Positions 1 to 7,884 of a stretch of 64,000 nucleotides of DNA are shown one piece after another. Source of the DNA: Candidatus Parcubacteria bacterium (GTDB taxonomy: Bacteria > Patescibacteriota > Minisyncoccia > UBA6257 > 2-01-FULL-56-20); assembly GCA_027450205.1 (NCBI GenBank), contig DAIDJL010000002.1:205007-269006 (forward strand), given 5' to 3'. The notes under the pieces were generated by a model. It was not told where the DNA came from. It made no database searches and worked only from the letters and a program-made list of their open reading frames with translations. The stretch's first letter is position 1; every line of letters begins with the position of its first letter. The position numbers and the translations under genes are program-made.

Positions 1-163
1 CGGCCGTGATTTTATCAGTATCATTTTGCGCATCACTGAATTCAATCTTATCCCCAATATTTAAAAGCTTTCTTTTTTCGTCATAAAGACGACACTCAAT
101 GATTTTTGTGCCATTTTTAATCTTCTGGAAATATTCGGTTGCAAGTTTCATTGAGTGAATCAT
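1..163 (-). CDS. ASCH domain protein (partial, runs off window start)
   Basis: Manual translation MIHSMKLATEYFQKIKNGTKIIECRLYDEKRKLLNIGDKIEF matches the ASCH GxKxxExR...GD signature. Confidence 0.75.
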   Translation of the reverse strand, partial: MIHSMKLATEYFQKIKNGTKIIECRLYDEKRKLLNIGDKIEFSDAQNDTDKITA

Positions 164-339
164 ATTAATCAAGTATAACAGTTGGTTCTACTATCATCTA
201 CTTGTAGTGTCAGGGCAAGTGGATACCGGTCGAACAAAAACGATTTTTGTCGATCTTCCGCAAGCCAACAAAACCAAGAGGTTCTACCCATACTAAGGGT
301 GTACTTTCTAGCCTGCGTTTTTACAGCATTAAAATCGAT

Positions 340-427
340 GAGCGGGTTAGTGGATGACGTCAGAACCTTTTTGATGGAAAAGCCCAGCAAATTTCACATT
401 TCAGATTTAATAAGCGAGAAATGTTGA
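340..427 (+). repeat. att-like repeat G1 of tRNA-Gly array (88 bp)
   Basis: Identical to 3193-3280; begins with core GAGCGGGT shared with the tRNA-Gly 3' end at 7717-7724. Confidence 0.9.
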
Positions 428-437
428 GATAAAATAT

Positions 438-461
438 GAGGCTGGAAATTAATCCAGCCTC
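438..461. terminator. Hairpin after att G1
   Basis: gaggctgga-aattaa-tccagcctc inverted repeat at the end of the convergent gene. Confidence 0.6.
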
Positions 462-470
462 CACAAGCAT

Positions 471-932
471 TCATGTTTTTGTCGGATCGGAGCATTCTTC
501 AGCATTCCTTGAAATCACGATGCCATATTGCTCCTTCATCAGCTCAAGGAAATTGCCTCCGGCCTCTTGCGCTACCGGACTGAAGTCTTCGTTATGCGTG
601 ATGGTGTAGACCGTACCGACGCACCATGCCCGCAGTACGGTAAGGGCAATTTCTAGGCGCGCGATATTGCCCGTGAAGCAGATGAACCGTCGCTTGCTTT
701 CCGGATTCTCGTGAATATGGATTGGCACATCCGGGTTGATCCTCTCCCACACCGGAGACGCCACAAGCTCTATTTCGTGATGGATTCCCCCGTGGAGTTT
801 GTTTTCAAACCCTAGGTAGAAAGCTGGATCGATCAACTGTTCTGACGGAGACTCGCTCCTGTGGATGCGAACGCGGAACGTATAGCTCTTGTCTCCCGCG
901 TCAATAACTACTATGCGATTTTGAGTTATCAC
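471..932 (-). CDS. Hypothetical protein (cassette cargo)
   Basis: 153-aa ORF, AAGGAG upstream, promoter at 963-991. Confidence 0.7.
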   Translation of the reverse strand: MITQNRIVVIDAGDKSYTFRVRIHRSESPSEQLIDPAFYLGFENKLHGGIHHEIELVASPVWERINPDVPIHIHENPESKRRFICFTGNIARLEIALTVLRAWCVGTVYTITHNEDFSPVAQEAGGNFLELMKEQYGIVISRNAEECSDPTKT

Positions 933-962
933 GTCCTGCGCTCCTTCTTATGTGCCGTGCAA

Positions 963-1001
963 ACAATAACACTTTACAATCCATCCGTCAAATGTTAGAA
1001 T
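963..1001. promoter_or_regulatory. Overlapping bidirectional sigma70 promoters
   Basis: Plus: TTTACA-17-TAGAAT (973-1001). Minus: TTGACG-17-TATTGT (991-963). Near copy at 3928-3966. Confidence 0.7.
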
Positions 1002-1042
1002 GTGGGCGGATCCTAATAATCCAAAACGAAAGGAGGTGGCAC

Positions 1043-1612
1043 GTGAAAATCCAAGTCCGCTGGCCTAAGGAAAGCAACGTTTCACCCGATGACCTGATTA
1101 TCAGTTACTACAAGCCAGAATTCGTGTATGTCCACGAAAGGCTTTGGGCGGTGAACCTCAAGGTTTCCACGGTGCATGAGGCCTTGTTACACAGTTCATC
1201 CGTCATTTGGAAGATTCTAGAAGAAGGAGACCGCGTTCCGGGTCACCGCCCGTACGCAGTACGATCCTTCATCTCCGACGGCGAAAGCGATGAAGCCCTC
1301 GAGTTTCTGAACGAGTTCCTCACCTTGTACGACGGGAGAACTGGATATCTCGACGAAGCGATGAAGCAGGCGATCAACGACATCCAGCTAATCCCAGGCC
1401 CATTCTCGGACAAACATATCGGGTGGATTCGTCACGACCTGACTAATTGCCTGACGTTCGGAACCGAAGTCACACGCACCACCGGTGGGCAGTTTCGGAA
1501 GACGTCCATGCCGAAAACCCCCCAGCCGCATATCCGGCTCGTTTGGATTCGTGGTGAGCCACGTAAAGAGAGGAAGCTGTATACGAGAAAATCAAAAGCC
1601 GGTTCCACGTAA
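1043..1612 (+). CDS. Hypothetical protein (cassette cargo)
   Basis: ORF 950..1612; GTG at 1043 preceded by AGGAGGT; terminator at 1636-1670. Confidence 0.7.
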   Translation: MKIQVRWPKESNVSPDDLIISYYKPEFVYVHERLWAVNLKVSTVHEALLHSSSVIWKILEEGDRVPGHRPYAVRSFISDGESDEALEFLNEFLTLYDGRTGYLDEAMKQAINDIQLIPGPFSDKHIGWIRHDLTNCLTFGTEVTRTTGGQFRKTSMPKTPQPHIRLVWIRGEPRKERKLYTRKSKAGST

Positions 1613-1635
1613 GGAGGAACGGGTCGAAGACTAAC

Positions 1636-1670
1636 AAGTGCCTGATGCTAATCTCATTAGGCGCTTTTTT
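1636..1670 (+). terminator. Intrinsic terminator
   Basis: aagtgcctgatg...cattaggcgctt followed by a T run. Confidence 0.65.
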
Positions 1671-1784
1671 ATCCGAATATCATCCATCCACCCCTAAGCC
1701 CCAACAAAATTCCACTCGGGCAAAAATAGCATTAACAGAATCGAATCTTTTTTAAAATCTATCCACCGGAAGCCTCTTGTGTTT

Positions 1785-1872
1785 GAGCGGGCTAGTGGAT
1801 GATGTTAGAACCTGCTTTAGAGAAAGTGCCAGCCAATTTGCGATTCCTGATTTAATGGCCGAGAAATGCTGA
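1785..1872 (+). repeat. att-like repeat G2 (diverged 88-bp copy)
   Basis: Aligns without gaps to 340-427; core GAGCGGG; encodes SGLVDDVRTCFRESASQFAIPDLMAEKC*. Confidence 0.85.
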
Positions 1873-1930
1873 GATAAAAGTTTGACCCACCTCTTGCGAA
1901 GTGGGTCTTTTGTGCGAGCAGCAGTCCGAT

Positions 1931-2203
1931 TCATTGTTCGGCAGATACGCCGTGACGCAAATGCTTTGCATGTTCGAACAACTCGTCCTCAGGCGGTGCA
2001 CCATGTCGTAGGTTTTTAACATGTTCGAACACAATGCTGTTCTGAGGAGTCGCAGGGACTTCCCTGTGAAAGAGGGCGACGCCGATGATGGGCTTGCGTA
2101 CTGGATCACACATACTGCATGGTATCCATAGAGGGAGCGACATCAGCATGAACGCTCCGACCATCCACAGGCACTTGAGCGAGGCGTTAAGAAATCGTTC
2201 CAT
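1931..2203 (-). CDS. Small membrane/secreted hypothetical protein
   Basis: ATG preceded by GGAGG; N-terminal hydrophobic stretch; internal repeat FEH(V/A)K(N/H)LRHG; hairpin at 1884-1907 downstream. Confidence 0.55.
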   Translation of the reverse strand: MERFLNASLKCLWMVGAFMLMSLPLWIPCSMCDPVRKPIIGVALFHREVPATPQNSIVFEHVKNLRHGAPPEDELFEHAKHLRHGVSAEQ

Positions 2204-2242
2204 TTCGGAACCTCCATATTTGAAGAGCTTCAATACTTCGCC

Positions 2243-2281
2243 ATTATAGCACTTTACAAATATATAGTCAAATGGTACTAT
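2243..2281. promoter_or_regulatory. Overlapping bidirectional sigma70 promoters
   Basis: Plus: TTTACA-17-TACTAT (2253-2281). Minus: TTGACT-17-TATAAT (2271-2243). Confidence 0.7.
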
Positions 2282-2340
2282 ATGCCAAGAACCACAACAA
2301 TGGGAGGGCTATCCCAAAATAGCAGAAATGGAGTTGTCAT

Positions 2341-2997
2341 ATGACGACGAAGAAGCAGCGTGTTGTCGCGGACGATGTCCTTGGTCAAATTTCACGGAGA
2401 ACCTGGGATTTACAAAGACGAGTGATGGAAGGAACACTAGACCCACAACAAGTGCTTAACTCTTTGCAGTCATTCGCCGAGGGGCACCCGGTTGTTCCAA
2501 CTGACGCACCGCCATTTATTCTTGGCCAGCGCGTTTATGAGATCGAGCAGCCGCCTAGCGGTGTCGGAATTCTTGCATTTGCCCAGAGTTCGCAATTCGA
2601 GGTCTATGGTGCCCATTTAGCGGATCAATGGCCGAAAACTCAACGGGTTCTCGACGCGAGCCAAACCAGCAAGGTGCGAGTTGCGTATTTTCAGCAAACT
2701 TTCATTGCTCGTACTGCATTCTCGATTGTCCAAGATAGTGGGATCGAATGCGCTGACGCATGGGAATTGGTTGCCTTCTGTAAGCAGTCAAGTTTCATTG
2801 CGGCACGCGATTTCGGATTCCATAGTCCCGTGAGGTTTGTTTCGGCAGTCGGAATAGAAACCGGCGATGACTTTTTGGGTGATAGGTATATCTATCTTGA
2901 GTCCAGCACCCACGCGAGGAAATGGGGATTCAATAACGGATGCGAAGGGGCATTTTTCAAGATCAATGCCGGTGATTACGTTCTTGTTCACGCTTAG
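2341..2997 (+). CDS. Hypothetical protein (cassette cargo)
   Basis: 218-aa ORF with GGAG RBS; terminator at 3031-3071. Confidence 0.75.
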   Translation: MTTKKQRVVADDVLGQISRRTWDLQRRVMEGTLDPQQVLNSLQSFAEGHPVVPTDAPPFILGQRVYEIEQPPSGVGILAFAQSSQFEVYGAHLADQWPKTQRVLDASQTSKVRVAYFQQTFIARTAFSIVQDSGIECADAWELVAFCKQSSFIAARDFGFHSPVRFVSAVGIETGDDFLGDRYIYLESSTHARKWGFNNGCEGAFFKINAGDYVLVHA

Positions 2998-3030
2998 CAC
3001 GTGGGCTACTCATCTGAGTAGTTAACATTC

Positions 3031-3071
3031 CAGGCAGTCTTTGCATTATGCGGAGGCTGCCTGATTTTTTT
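3031..3071 (+). terminator. Intrinsic terminator
   Basis: caggcagtctttgca-tta-tgcggaggctgcctg followed by T7. Confidence 0.75.
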
Positions 3072-3192
3072 ACCCAACCGCACTACTCACTATTGTTTAA
3101 AAGATATTCTGAGTATCGCCCGTAGGTAAATAGGTTCGACCCGCACTAAGGGTGCACGATCCAGCCCGCATGATTGCAGGCCTAAAATTTAG

Positions 3193-3280
3193 GAGCGGGT
3201 TAGTGGATGACGTCAGAACCTTTTTGATGGAAAAGCCCAGCAAATTTCACATTTCAGATTTAATAAGCGAGAAATGTTGA
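3193..3280 (+). repeat. att-like repeat G3
   Basis: 88/88 identical to 340-427; hairpin at 3294-3324 follows. Confidence 0.9.
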
Positions 3281-3340
3281 TCATTAAAAGAATGGGCAGC
3301 AACCTCGTAATGAGGTCGCTGCCCTTCCTAGGTAAAGTGC

Positions 3341-3856
3341 CTAGACGTCCGTCTTTGATTCTGCGAGATAATCCTTGAAACTTCCTCTTACACCGAAATG
3401 TGCTTCTGCGGCAAGGGAATGAGCATCCCAGAATATCCGCTTCAAGTCTTTGATGATATCTCCAAGGTTGATAAACTCGGCGAGAGTCACATCAGCGTCG
3501 AGGGAAGGTTGTTTTGCAAGCTGTGCTTGTTGTTCGCAAACTCCCCAGAGCCGACGAGCGCGACGGGTAAGTTCATCAGTGATTGCTGCCTGGATATAAC
3601 TGTTGTTAGCGGACATGGGCCAGCCGAACACCAATTCGAAGCGGCCGCGTATATCGTTCCACCGTCGACTTTCCATCTTGCGGATTGCCAGTGTGATCAT
3701 CGCCTCGATAATAACTACGATGGTGACGGCAAGAATCATATAGAGAACAAACCGACCAAAAGAGATTTTGTCGGCATAGAGGAGATAGGCACAATACATT
3801 CCGATTATGCCACTCACAATGCGTCCGGGCCATACAACCTTTTTATCCAGCACCAT
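3341..3856 (-). CDS. Hypothetical membrane protein
   Basis: 171 aa with two N-terminal TM segments. Confidence 0.7.
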   Translation of the reverse strand: MVLDKKVVWPGRIVSGIIGMYCAYLLYADKISFGRFVLYMILAVTIVVIIEAMITLAIRKMESRRWNDIRGRFELVFGWPMSANNSYIQAAITDELTRRARRLWGVCEQQAQLAKQPSLDADVTLAEFINLGDIIKDLKRIFWDAHSLAAEAHFGVRGSFKDYLAESKTDV

Positions 3857-3927
3857 AACATCCTGCTTTCTCTCCGCTCTCCGGAGTTGTTGAAATTGTT
3901 CGGCTGCTCTACAGCGGAACTGCGCAC

Positions 3928-3966
3928 ATCATATCATTTGACAATCCATCCGTCAAGAGGTAGAAT
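3928..3966. promoter_or_regulatory. Overlapping bidirectional sigma70 promoters
   Basis: Plus: TTGACA-17-TAGAAT (3938-3966). Minus: TTGACG-17-TATGAT (3956-3928). Confidence 0.75.
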
Positions 3967-3980
3967 GTGGGCAGTCGTTC

Positions 3981-4241
3981 ATGAGGTTTGAAATGACATG
4001 TGGCATCGTTGTTCCTCGACAGGAAGAAATCGTGGGCCATCGTCAAGATGGCTATTCGGCGGAATGTATTCTCAAGTCGGGAAATCACTCTCGGCATGTG
4101 ATAAAAATGCCGGAGGGAAAATTCTTTGCGTGGGAAGATGATTGGGACTGCGATTGCTGCGCGCCTGACGAAGACGATCGTTGTTATTGTTTTTGGGAAA
4201 TAAGCGAACAGGAGGCAATCAATCTCGGTGCCTCTTTGTGA
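3981..4241 (+). CDS. Small Cys/Asp-rich hypothetical protein
   Basis: 86 aa containing WDCDCC...CYC; just downstream of the promoter; hairpin at 4240-4270. Confidence 0.6.
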   Translation: MRFEMTCGIVVPRQEEIVGHRQDGYSAECILKSGNHSRHVIKMPEGKFFAWEDDWDCDCCAPDEDDRCYCFWEISEQEAINLGASL

Positions 4242-4268
4242 GCCTCGCGCTTCGGTGCGGGGCTTTTC

Positions 4269-4505
4269 TTATTTAAATATTGCGACGGCGATTGATACAA
4301 ATAAAGCAAGTATTGAAATCGCAAGTGTTACTAGGGAAAGATTTTTTTGGAAGCCTAGGGCGTAGCGATTTATCTCAAGCTGTAGCCGATTTGAGTGATA
4401 CAGCCAAAGGCGACACTTCGTGCATTCAGCAACTCCTGGGCCGCTTCGCTGATCGTAAGAAACTACCCTCCAATCGTGATCGCAATCAATTTGACGATCA
4501 GCCAT
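4269..4505 (-). CDS. Small protein with CxH/CxxC motif and C-terminal TM helix
   Basis: 78-aa ORF immediately downstream of 4518..4892. Confidence 0.55.
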   Translation of the reverse strand: MADRQIDCDHDWRVVSYDQRSGPGVAECTKCRLWLYHSNRLQLEINRYALGFQKNLSLVTLAISILALFVSIAVAIFK

Positions 4506-4517
4506 GATTATCGGTCG

Positions 4518-4892
4518 CTAGCTAGTAGTCTTCGATTTCAAATCAATCATAAAGAGCTTGCCGAACTGAGGATCTTCTATCTCTATTGGAGAATATTTCC
4601 CCGCATATTTATTTAGATCTATGGAGTAGGCCTCAATGAATGACCACGCAGAAAAATATGCGCCTTTTTCATCTGCGCGTTTTTTCAATCTGAAAGTCCC
4701 GTCGGTTTCTTGCTCTAAGAGCTTGATGCCGATTTTCTGTTCGGCCTTGTCGAAGTAAAGTTTTACAGCGGCATATCGGTCAATTTCATATCGATGATGC
4801 ATGCCGGAGCTCAAACCAAAACCGCCAGATTTGTTGATGCTTACCTGGGGAGTGAATTTCCCTTTTCTCTTAGTGAATTCTTCAAAAGCCAT
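4518..4892 (-). CDS. Hypothetical protein (possible nucleic-acid-binding beta fold)
   Basis: 124-aa ORF, clean ATG start. Confidence 0.7.
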   Translation of the reverse strand: MAFEEFTKRKGKFTPQVSINKSGGFGLSSGMHHRYEIDRYAAVKLYFDKAEQKIGIKLLEQETDGTFRLKKRADEKGAYFSAWSFIEAYSIDLNKYAGKYSPIEIEDPQFGKLFMIDLKSKTTS

Positions 4893-4979
4893 TGTAAGAA
4901 TTATTAGTTTTTTTGTGTGAATACCTAGGGTTGTGGTATCCTAGGAAACATTCTAAACTTAAAGGGTGTGGATAAATTA

Positions 4980-5008
4980 TTGACAGTCAGTCCATTTTCA
5001 TTTAAAAT
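4980..5008 (+). promoter_or_regulatory. sigma70 promoter of candidate ncRNA
   Basis: TTGACA-17-TAAAAT. Confidence 0.7.
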
Positions 5009-5016
5009 CTGTTCCT

Positions 5017-5139
5017 GAGCTTAGAAGCTCAATCTTGTGCCCGGCAGGGGGGACGATCCCCTTTTCCATAGTTCAAGGCTATGTGTCCTACCCACCGTAG
5101 ACGAGCCGGGCATAAGATTGAGTTTCTAAGCTCTTTTTT
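5017..5139 (+). ncRNA. Candidate structured small RNA (29-bp stem capped by three hairpins)
   Basis: 5017-5045 pairs with 5105-5133 including two G-U pairs; own promoter; T run after; no ORF. Confidence 0.6.
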
Positions 5140-5616
5140 GATATTCTTAGGGAAGTATACCATAAAATTCTAGCAAGTAATACCCCCAGAGATTTACCCT
5201 ATCTGATAATATCAAATGGTATCCGCTTGTCAAATGTCTGTTTTCTCACAGCATTTTGCTATGCAAATTGAATATGTGTCTAAGATACGATAAGTTTACT
5301 GCTTTATATTTTAAACATCTGTTCAATTTAATTCGGCGTTTATTCTTCAAATTCACGTGTTAATTTCCGAGTTCTTCCCCGCCTTTGTGCAATCTATCAT
5401 TTCAACCAGCGGACAGGGCAGAGACGGGTATAGGCGAAAAGAACCGCAGATTCACGTTTTATGCGGGGATTGACAGATAAGCCAATTAAGGTGTATAATA
5501 TAGTTGTTCTTTGAAATGGCGAATAATGGCCGTAGCCAAAAGGCATTGGAATGTCGATGCTTTCTGGCTACGGCTACGGATAGTAGTCCCTCTGGCAGAA
5601 AAAAGGAGAAAACACC

Positions 5617-6294
5617 ATGGCTAACACGGTGAAGACCTTTGATCGTCAGACCGCGCGGTTCCTTGCGGTCATCGCTGAAAACCTTCCGGAAATGCCTGCA
5701 GTATGTATGCAGATTTGGAGCGAACAACCCAAGCGAATCCAGGAAGTCTTACTAAAGGCTTTCGAGCCTCTTGTCCGCATCCCCCTGTGGTGGCACGAGA
5801 CAGTGAAGCCGGTCGTTCACGATGCCCGGAGTTGGAAAGAAGTGTTGCTGCAGCGCGGATTCACGATCAGTGATGAAGCACAAGCGATGCTTGAGAACGT
5901 TCTGCTCGTCCCGTTTCCCGAGACGGAGTACACTCAGGCCAGCGCGCATTCTTTCGGGTACGGCTTCGACGAGAAAAATCCACCTTCTCGCGCCGACTAT
6001 TACCGACGTGCGAAGATGTTGGGGCTCGAGCCAATTTCAGTTCAGGCGGCTCTCCAAGTTCTTCTGGAGGATCGCTACTCCAATCCCCCGAAGAATAATC
6101 TCAAGAAATTCCCTGAGCAGATTATCTTCGTTCTTGGGACAGAGCCCATCTCTGTCATCGACAAGGACGGCGCGACAACGAAGAAACTGTTTGTGTTCGA
6201 AAATTATGGCGGGCACAATTCGCTTCACGCCATGGATGTCGAGAGCAACAAGTTCCTTTATACACTCCTTGCCATACACAAGGATGAGCAGTAA
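5617..6294 (+). CDS. Hypothetical protein
   Basis: 225 aa; AAGGAG RBS; TTGACA-18-TATAAT at 5470-5499; leader hairpin 5530-5573; terminator about 6314-6358. Confidence 0.75.
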   Translation: MANTVKTFDRQTARFLAVIAENLPEMPAVCMQIWSEQPKRIQEVLLKAFEPLVRIPLWWHETVKPVVHDARSWKEVLLQRGFTISDEAQAMLENVLLVPFPETEYTQASAHSFGYGFDEKNPPSRADYYRRAKMLGLEPISVQAALQVLLEDRYSNPPKNNLKKFPEQIIFVLGTEPISVIDKDGATTKKLFVFENYGGHNSLHAMDVESNKFLYTLLAIHKDEQ

Positions 6295-6775
6295 ACCATC
6301 AACCCATTATCGAAAAAGAGGAAAACCCTCTGCTTCGGTAGTGGGTTTTCTCTTTTTTATAATCCGGCCCCACAGTGCCACTCACTATATCTCCCCTGCA
6401 GACAATAGTGAGCGAGATGGGAGGGTCTTTAGAATTTCTTTACGAAATCTTTAACTTTTCTTTACCGCGAGGGCTACCAAATAAGCGTCCGCTTTGCTAT
6501 TTCCTCAATACTGTCCGCGAGCGGGTCGAACGTATAGCTCGCGCTTTTCTGCGGATTCTTGCGTATCGCGTATGGCGAGACAGGAAGGTTGTGGGCTGAA
6601 CGGATGTATTGGTCTACCCATATCATGCTCCGGCCATTTGCGTAAAAGCTTTTTTCAATTGAAAGATATTGTTCAGCTTCATTGATATCGATTGGGGTTC
6701 TCATGGGGTTTGGGTATCTTATATAATTACATTTTATGCATAAGTGTCGATGTTTTGTGCTGCCAAGGCCCACGT

Positions 6776-7240
6776 CTAAAGCATCCCTCTTTTTTTGATA
6801 TCCTTCCACCCGTGCTTTACCACGTTGCCATTTCGGTCGACGGAAAAGATGTATAGGCCAAGTCGTTTCGCTGCTTGCCATGGAATCCTGCGCAATGCGA
6901 TAGTTGCCGATGTTTCTGGCATTGCAATCCCGTAGTAGTTCGGCTCGAACGTCGTCATCCTCGTAACAATCTGGCCAAGGACGGCAACAAACGAACCATC
7001 ATCAGCGGAGCTTGCGTAGTGTGCTGACGAACCGCCTTTCACTTCGACTACAAAGTAGCGGGTATGCGGTGGTCTGCTGCTTCGGACGCGGATATCGACC
7101 CCTTTCTGATGGAGCGCAACCCTGCGGAGGTTATAGCCGAACCCATTGCGGAACAGCCAGTCCACCATTCTGTCGCCGACGAATTGCTCGGATTTTTTGT
7201 AATCCGCATGACGTACTCTTTTCGCTTTTGATTTTGCCAT
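6776..7240 (-). CDS. PD-(D/E)XK restriction-endonuclease-like protein
   Basis: SE...GVDI...VVEVKG catalytic pattern. Confidence 0.6.
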   Translation of the reverse strand: MAKSKAKRVRHADYKKSEQFVGDRMVDWLFRNGFGYNLRRVALHQKGVDIRVRSSRPPHTRYFVVEVKGGSSAHYASSADDGSFVAVLGQIVTRMTTFEPNYYGIAMPETSATIALRRIPWQAAKRLGLYIFSVDRNGNVVKHGWKDIKKRGML

Positions 7241-7245
7241 AGTTG

Positions 7246-7620
7246 TTAAAGACTAAGACAGAAGGTTGTTGGACTTCCACATGAGGCCTGCGGCGCGGGA
7301 GTCTCCCACGAGACGCCATTTGGCAGAGTGCTGGAAGTGAATATGGTGCCACTATTGGTATTGTCGGATGGATCTTCTAGCGTCGCTGCTAATACGTAGA
7401 CTGTTCCGCTCGCATCGGTGGCGTATGTATAATGGCGACCTTGGCTAGCTAGTGGATCGTTAGGGATGGTAATGCTGGAGAAATTACCGCCCGCGTTCGT
7501 TATCTTAGTTTGCAAATCCTGCCACGAGGTGATGCCGGTCGGGTACTGATTGTATTGGTTGTAATACACCTCAAGCACGGTTTGGGTCGTTAGAAGGTCG
7601 TTAATCCGCTGTGCGTCTCT
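7246..7620 (-). pseudogene. 5'-truncated type IV pilin/GspG-like gene
   Basis: ARDAQRINDL...LEVYYN..YP...IPNDP...Y(T)Y...YVLAATLE with a C-terminal Cys pair; no N-terminal prepilin segment. Confidence 0.55.
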
Positions 7621-7726
7621 TGCCCCCGTCGAGCAGGAAGTGGCAAGGTTCGAACACGGAGAAACACCTGATGAATCAGGCGGCCTAGAAGGATTCCATG
7701 AAATAAGTCCTAACTTGAGCGGGTAA
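7619..7726 (+). pseudogene. 3' remnant of a large serine recombinase
   Basis: LAPVEQEVARFEHGETPDESGGLEGFHEISPNLSG* parallels the end of 54654..56252 (LAP...RF plus 24 aa to a tRNA-derived TAA). Confidence 0.55.
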
Positions 7727-7788
7727 CGGGAGTCGAACCCGTGACTTCACCTTGGAAGGGTGACGTAATACCGTTATACAATACCCGC
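7718..7788 (-). tRNA. tRNA-Gly (TCC)
   Basis: Cloverleaf GCGGGTA...TACCCGC-T; anticodon loop CTTCCAA; T loop GGTTCGAC. Confidence 0.95.
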
Positions 7789-7884
7789 GGTATTTGCAGC
7801 ACGCATTGCGCTATCTGCGTGATTTAATCTACCATTCTTGCTTGCTTTTTTCAATCATTTTTGCTACAAATAGGTAATCCGAAT

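Noticed and set aside
182-427. ORF 182..427 (and 27282..27476) as real genes
   Set aside because: They are read-throughs into the att-arm peptide with no convincing start, and are better explained as recombinase tail sequence.
340-3280. CRISPR array or classical integron attC sites
   Set aside because: Spacing is about 1.4 kb with whole genes between repeats. There are no cas genes, no tyrosine integrase and no RYYYAAC/GTTRRRY palindromic attC structure.
6474-6881. 135-aa minus-strand ORF
   Set aside because: It overlaps the nuclease gene. At most a 76-aa ORF from 6704 with no recognisable motif remains, so it was not called.
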